Shown here: one piece after another, positions 27,155-32,000 of the stretch
Numbering within the stretch: position 1 is the first letter of the stretch
Layout of the letters: each line of letters opens with the position of its first letter
From: Candidatus Scalindua sp.
GTDB lineage: Bacteria; Planctomycetota; Brocadiia; Brocadiales; Scalinduaceae
Direction of reading: 5' to 3'
Assembly: GCA_031316235.1 (NCBI GenBank)
Contig: JALDRA010000001.1
Span: 870,001 to 902,000 of the forward strand
DNA length: 32,000 nucleotides
The notes under the pieces: generated by a model
The model's database searches: none
What the model was told of the DNA's origin: nothing
What the model saw: the letters and a program-made list of their open reading frames with translations, nothing else
Program-made: the position numbers and the translations under genes

Positions 27155-29455
27155 TTGATAACAATGATGAGAATTAACCAACTGGCAAAGGACTTGGGGA
27201 CAAAAAGCAGTTTGCTGATAAAAAAATGCCACGAGTGCGGTTTTGTGCATATTAAACACCACGCAAACTCTTTAACGGGAGAAGAAGAGAGCTTATTACG
27301 CAGCAAATTGAAAGAAGGGGATACCAAGGAGATCACAATTAACCAGGAAAAACAAAGTACGAGAAGAGAAAAAACTGACAAAATATTGCTTGAAAACGAT
27401 AAGAGCACAGTTGCCACGAAAACTAAGGCGGTTGCTGCTCCCCCTAAGGGAGATAAAAAAGTGGTTGTGGGTAAAGCTGTGGGCACAAAAGCCAAACCGG
27501 GTGCAACCTCTCTTAAGGAAGGAAGACGGGTACCGCCATGGAAACTTAAATCAAGAGAAGGTTTAATAAAGGGGAGGTGGAAGGACGTAACAAGAGTCTC
27601 CGCTTCACCAAAAAAACAGAGAGCCACTTTTCAAAAGCAAGTAAAAGAGACATCAAAAGATACAAAATCTGTCCCGCAGAAAGAAAATATCAGTAAGATA
27701 ACTTTGGAAGTTCCTGCTTCAGTCAAAGATGTTTCAAAGGCCCTGGGAGTAAAAGCCAACGATATAATATCTAAATTACTTATAGACCATAACGTTTGCG
27801 CTACAATTAATCAGACATTAGACAATGATCTCATTGAGATGTTAGGTTTAGAACACGATATTGAGATCATGCTGGTACAGACAAAAAATATAGAAGAAGA
27901 ACTCCTCTTTGATGACCATGATGAAAACCCTGATGATTTAAAACCAAGAGCTCCTATTGTGACTTTTCTCGGCCATGTAGACCATGGAAAAACCTCTTTA
28001 CTTGATAACATCAGAAAATCAAACGTGGTTTCCATAGAAGCCGGAGGAATTACCCAGCATATTGGGGCATATCGTGTAGATGCTGATGGAAAATCAGTTG
28101 TTTTTCTTGATACTCCCGGACACGAAGCTTTTACCGCCATGAGAGCAAGAGGAGCAAATGTTACGGATATTGTCGTATTGGTGGTAGCAGCTGATGACGG
28201 AGTGATGCCTCAAACAGAAGAAGCAATAAATCATGCCCGGGCGGCAGAAGTCCCTATTGTGGTAGCCATAAACAAGGTTGATAAACCAGAGGCGAACGTT
28301 TTAAAAGTAAAACAACAACTGTCTGCACTGGATTTGATGCCTGAAGAATGGGGTGGTAAGGTTCAAATGATAGAAACTTCAGTTGTTACAAAAAAAGGGC
28401 TTAATGATCTCCTGGAAGGGTTACTGTTGGAAGCCGAGGTTTTGGACCTCAAGGCATCTTCAAAAAGGTTGGCCAGAGGTGTTGTTTTAGAAGCTCAGAT
28501 CCATGAGGGGAGAGGTGTGATAGCAACTCTCTTAGTTTTGGAAGGTGTCATTAAACTAGGAAATATCATTCTTTGCGGACAGGCTTACGGCAGGGTAAGA
28601 GCACTCTATAATGATCTTGGAAAAGAAATTAAAGAAGCGGGTCCAGCATCACCGGTTGTCGTATCAGGTTTATCGGACTGTCCCGAGGCAGGTGATAAAT
28701 TTTACATCGTAAAAGATATTCAGAATGCGCGGGAAATTGCGTTGAAACGACAAATGAAAATGCGAGAAATATCTCTAACGGGGCGCAAACATGTCACACT
28801 GGACAATCTCTACAAAAAAATTGAAGAAGGCCAGATTAAAGAAATTAAGATAATATTGAAAGCTGATTATAAAGGTTCGGTTGAGGTCCTCAAAAAATCA
28901 CTGGAAGAACTCTCTGTCAAAGAAATAAGGGTTAAGATTCTGCATAGCGGTGTTGGCGGCATCACAGAAACAGACGTACTGCTCGCAGACGCTTCTGATG
29001 CGATTGTGATTGGTTTTCATGTGGTCCCTGAAGAGAAAGCCACCATACGGGCACAGGAAAGCGGTGTTGATGTAAGATTGTACAAGATTATCTACGATGC
29101 TATAAACGACATAGAGGCAGCCATGGAGGGGATGTTAGAACCTGAGAAGATTGAAAAGACAACGGGAAAGATTGAGATCAGAAGGATTTTTAAGGCATCA
29201 AAGTTAGGCAATATTGCAGGTTGCTATGTAAAAAGCGGTATGATAGCAAGGAACTCCTTTGTACGGTTGATACGTGACAATGTTGTTTTGTATGATGGCA
29301 CACTGTCAACTTTGAGAGTATTGAAAGACGATGTTAAGGAGGTAAAAGCAGGTTATGAGTGTGGTATTAAGATTACGGGATATAATGATATAAAAATAGG
29401 TGATATTATAGAATCCTACGAAGTTCATCAAGTTGCACGCACGCTAAATAAGTAA
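27155..29455 (+). CDS. infB: translation initiation factor IF-2
   Basis: 766-aa ORF. IF2-N ([11 protein letters not shown]) and GTPase motifs [17 protein letters not shown] and NKVD. The start is uncertain: TTG 27155 versus ATG 27164 or 27167. Confidence 0.95.
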   Translation: MITMMRINQLAKDLGTKSSLLIKKCHECGFVHIKHHANSLTGEEESLLRSKLKEGDTKEITINQEKQSTRREKTDKILLENDKSTVATKTKAVAAPPKGDKKVVVGKAVGTKAKPGATSLKEGRRVPPWKLKSREGLIKGRWKDVTRVSASPKKQRATFQKQVKETSKDTKSVPQKENISKITLEVPASVKDVSKALGVKANDIISKLLIDHNVCATINQTLDNDLIEMLGLEHDIEIMLVQTKNIEEELLFDDHDENPDDLKPRAPIVTFLGHVDHGKTSLLDNIRKSNVVSIEAGGITQHIGAYRVDADGKSVVFLDTPGHEAFTAMRARGANVTDIVVLVVAADDGVMPQTEEAINHARAAEVPIVVAINKVDKPEANVLKVKQQLSALDLMPEEWGGKVQMIETSVVTKKGLNDLLEGLLLEAEVLDLKASSKRLARGVVLEAQIHEGRGVIATLLVLEGVIKLGNIILCGQAYGRVRALYNDLGKEIKEAGPASPVVVSGLSDCPEAGDKFYIVKDIQNAREIALKRQMKMREISLTGRKHVTLDNLYKKIEEGQIKEIKIILKADYKGSVEVLKKSLEELSVKEIRVKILHSGVGGITETDVLLADASDAIVIGFHVVPEEKATIRAQESGVDVRLYKIIYDAINDIEAAMEGMLEPEKIEKTTGKIEIRRIFKASKLGNIAGCYVKSGMIARNSFVRLIRDNVVLYDGTLSTLRVLKDDVKEVKAGYECGIKITGYNDIKIGDIIESYEVHQVARTLNK

Positions 29456-29535
29456 AAGCATTTTTGTCATATTCAAGACAGGCAACCATATCTTCCCGGT
29501 CATCACATTGTTTTTGCGTATAAAAATATCTTTGC

Positions 29536-29817
29536 ATGATCATAGGAACTTTAAATATCGACGTTATTATCGTAAGTTCCCGGTCTTTAAAAGACAAACG
29601 CAGGGTTATCAAGTCATTAAAGGATCGGATAAGAAACAAATTTAACGTATCAATTTCAGAAACAGGTTCACAAGACAACCTGAAATATTCTACAATAAGT
29701 GTTGCCATGGTAGGGACGGACAGACAATACGTTAACAGCACATTGTCGTCACTTATAAATTTTTTTCGTTTTTTCCCTCAAGTTCAATTGGTAAATTATG
29801 AGCTTGAATTGATGTAA
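29536..29817 (+). CDS. DUF503 (YlxP-like) protein
   Basis: 93-aa ORF with SLKDKRRVIKSLKDRIRNKFNVS. It sits in the typical position between infB and rbfA. Confidence 0.8.
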   Translation: MIIGTLNIDVIIVSSRSLKDKRRVIKSLKDRIRNKFNVSISETGSQDNLKYSTISVAMVGTDRQYVNSTLSSLINFFRFFPQVQLVNYELELM

Positions 29818-29819
29818 CA

Positions 29820-30167
29820 ATGACAAGAAGAACAGATAAGGTTAGTGAAATAGTAAAACATAATGTGAGTACCATTATTTTATATAAACTGTATGATCCC
29901 AGGTTAAGTTTGGTAACCGTAACCAAAGTTTCAGTCTCACCAGACCTCAGGAATGCAAAAGTATATGTAGCCGTGCATGGTGATGAAGAGGCTCAAAACA
30001 GGACGTTGCAGGTACTCTATCATGCAAAAGGGCATATTCAATCTGAAATGGCCACGCACTTGAAAATGCGTAACACCCCATCGTTATCATTTTTTCTGGA
30101 CGACTCTGAGAAACGGAGCAATAAGATTTTATCGTTAATCGAAAAAGCGGTTAACGAAGACAAATAA
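29820..30167 (+). CDS. rbfA: ribosome-binding factor A
   Basis: 115-aa ORF with DPRLSLVTVTKVSVSPDLRNAKVYV and TPSLSFFLD motifs. Confidence 0.9.
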   Translation: MTRRTDKVSEIVKHNVSTIILYKLYDPRLSLVTVTKVSVSPDLRNAKVYVAVHGDEEAQNRTLQVLYHAKGHIQSEMATHLKMRNTPSLSFFLDDSEKRSNKILSLIEKAVNEDK

Positions 30168-30190
30168 CTTTTACAACGAGCAATTAAATC

Positions 30191-31063
30191 ATGAAAAAAT
30201 TACATTTTGGCATACCAAAAGGAAGTTTGCAGGACTCAACAATAGCTATGATGAAGAACGCCGGCTATACAGTGTATGTGAGCAGCCGTTCATATTACCC
30301 TACTGTCGACGACAGTGAATTATCGATTCGATTAATCCGTCCGCAGGACATGTCCCGGTACATTGAAAAAGGAATTATTGATGCTGGTCTTACGGGACAG
30401 GATTGGGTAGAAGAGGCTGGTTCCGACGTCAGGTGTATTGAAACTTTAATTTACGCAAAACAACAGCTAACAAAGGTTCGCTGGGTTTTGGCTGTGCCTG
30501 AAAACTCTCCGGTTCAGTCAGTAAAAGATCTTCAAAATAAGAGAATTGCAACTGAATTAGTAAACGTTACAAAAAATTATCTTGCGAAGCACTCGGTAAA
30601 TGCAGAAGTGGAATTTTCCCATGGGGCAACAGAAGCAAAAGCCCCGGATCTTGTTGACGCAATTGTTGAATTAACAGAGACCGGCAGCAGTCTAAAAGCA
30701 AATAAACTCCGCATCATTGATACGGTGACAGAATCCAGCACCGTATTCATCGCAAACCATACCGCATGGGAAGACCCCTGGAAGAGGCTAAAGATCCAAA
30801 GTTTAGGTATATTATTTCAAGGTGCCATTATCGCGCGTGACAAAGTAGGGTTGAAGATGAATATAGCAAATGACGGCCTGGAGAGATTGTTAGAAAAACT
30901 ACCCGCTTTACGAACACCTACGGTTTCTCCTCTTGCAAGCAATGCCGGCTATGCAGTTGAGACAGTCTTAGATGAAACAGTTGTCAGGAATATTATTCCT
31001 GAATTGAAACTCCTTGGTGCCGAGGGTATAATCGAGTATTCTTTAAACAAGATCGTTCCTTAA
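30191..31063 (+). CDS. hisG: ATP phosphoribosyltransferase, long form
   Basis: 290-aa ORF with LHFGIPKGSL, D.GLTGQDW and ELTETGSSLKAN motifs. A C-terminal regulatory domain is present. Confidence 0.9.
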   Translation: MKKLHFGIPKGSLQDSTIAMMKNAGYTVYVSSRSYYPTVDDSELSIRLIRPQDMSRYIEKGIIDAGLTGQDWVEEAGSDVRCIETLIYAKQQLTKVRWVLAVPENSPVQSVKDLQNKRIATELVNVTKNYLAKHSVNAEVEFSHGATEAKAPDLVDAIVELTETGSSLKANKLRIIDTVTESSTVFIANHTAWEDPWKRLKIQSLGILFQGAIIARDKVGLKMNIANDGLERLLEKLPALRTPTVSPLASNAGYAVETVLDETVVRNIIPELKLLGAEGIIEYSLNKIVP

Positions 31064-31140
31064 AAATAATTTGTTCCTCTGGTATGTTCATTCTATAATA
31101 CTACACCCTGAAACCGCCAGAGTAATCGTCATTATCTGTG

Positions 31141-31253
31141 AATATGCGAAAACCGGTTTGGTTTTTGATTTTTCTAAAAACCAAACCCTTATTGCAGATA
31201 TAATTGCTCTGTTTTTTCTCGGATTTTATTCGAAAACCATTATAAGATAATTA
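31141..31253 (-). repeat. structured intergenic repeat, copy E (diverged, inverted orientation). A possible extra partial end lies at 31099-31125.
   Basis: By eye roughly 70 percent identical to copy B over its length. It retains both module hairpins (12-bp perfect stem ggtttggttttt/aaaaaccaaacc, and tcggat/attcga). Confidence 0.6.
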
Positions 31254-31329
31254 CACTTTGAAAAATTCATATTCTTCATATTTTGCCTCTCTGAAAAATC
31301 GCTGTACTATCCATTATCCGGGAGCAGGG

Positions 31330-32000
31330 TTGATCCTCCTGGCTATGGCATTCACCCTGTTTGTGCTTCCATGTGAATCGGTAAAGGCTGCTGCCCCGCA
31401 AGACGAGAATGCCGTGATGGTATCTGAAGACGAACCACTTGTCTATGCAAACTTTTGTACAGGGTTTTACCTCATGCTTGATCATGAATGGGAAGATGCA
31501 ATAAAGTTTTTCCAAAAAGCCCTGGAGATAAACCCAAATGCTGAAAAAGTGCACGATCTTCTTGCAACATGTTACTTTAAATTAAACAAAAATGATCTAG
31601 CCCTTACGCACATAAAAAAAATAGCACAACTAAATCCCGATAATTTTGCTGTTCACTATACACTCGGTGGAATCTACGAAAGTGAAGGAGATGAGACTAA
31701 TGCCATTAATGAATATAAAATTGCCAGGAAAAATATATCTATCAAAGAGACCATAGAGAAGGTCTTTGTTTCAGACATGCTTCATCGGCTCGCAAATCTT
31801 TATTTGAAGGTCGGAGATTTTGAAAATGCAACAGGAGTTTTTCACAAAATCATTGATGATTCATTGACTAACAAGCCGGTCACCATTTACTACAAACTGG
31901 GACAGATTTACTTTGAAATGAAGAGATATGAAGATTCAATACAGCAGTTTCTCAAGGTAAGAAGCATTAATCCCGATTCTGAATCAATAAATCTCTACCT
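31330..32000 (+). CDS. TPR-repeat protein, partial (runs off the window end)
   Basis: The frame is open from 31246 to 32000 and is absent from the track because there is no stop. A hydrophobic N-terminus (LILLAMAFTLFVL) is followed by TPR units (ALEINPNAEKVHDLLATCYFKL..). The start is uncertain: TTG 31330 has GGGAG upstream, and ATG 31345 is an alternative. Confidence 0.75.
   Translation, partial: MILLAMAFTLFVLPCESVKAAAPQDENAVMVSEDEPLVYANFCTGFYLMLDHEWEDAIKFFQKALEINPNAEKVHDLLATCYFKLNKNDLALTHIKKIAQLNPDNFAVHYTLGGIYESEGDETNAINEYKIARKNISIKETIEKVFVSDMLHRLANLYLKVGDFENATGVFHKIIDDSLTNKPVTIYYKLGQIYFEMKRYEDSIQQFLKVRSINPDSESINLY

Noticed and set aside
1-32000. CRISPR arrays, rRNA or tRNA genes, transposases, integrases, phage genes, toxin-antitoxin pairs and known defence-system signatures
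   Set aside because: I scanned the ORF products and intergenic regions. There are no short direct-repeat/spacer arrays, no DDE, tyrosine or serine recombinase motifs, and no nuclease/ATPase/methylase defence-type gene neighbourhoods. The window reads as core chromosome.

Overview
AT-rich bacterial chromosomal window, densely packed with about 27 mostly core housekeeping genes. These are: shikimate pathway (fused aroD-aroE, aroK), ilvB, a mannose-1-phosphate guanylyltransferase, rsmE, rsmD-ispE-spoVG, prfB (canonical programmed +1 frameshift that the ORF track splits), glyA, gpsA, dTDP-rhamnose genes (rfbC-rfbA, rfbD), class II fba, and nusA-infB-DUF503-rbfA-hisG. There are also three TPR proteins, a DCC-type thiol oxidoreductase, a nitroreductase, an NnrS-like membrane protein and a tandem YfbR-like HD protein. 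I found no rRNA, tRNA, CRISPR array, transposase, integrase or recognisable defence or toxin-antitoxin genes, so I cannot support a novel multi-gene system here. The most unusual signal is non-genic: a family of highly structured 108-135 bp intergenic repeats with at least 5 copies in 32 kb. Each is built from two homologous hairpin modules plus an optional third hairpin cassette. They have TACT...AGTA termini, mostly TA flanks, and paired compensatory substitutions between copies. Two inverted copies bracket the minus-strand rfbC-rfbA-glycosyltransferase block. Secondary points are unusual domain architectures: SpoVG with a zinc-ribbon insertion, NnrS-like core flanked by two DUF1858 domains, a pseudo-dimeric HD nucleotidase, and a glycosyltransferase resembling mannosylglycerate synthase. 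There is also a long nusA leader with a terminator-like hairpin. Gene content and style loosely suggest a low-GC PVC/Planctomycetota-like (possibly anammox-type) organism, but that is a guess from memory, not evidence.
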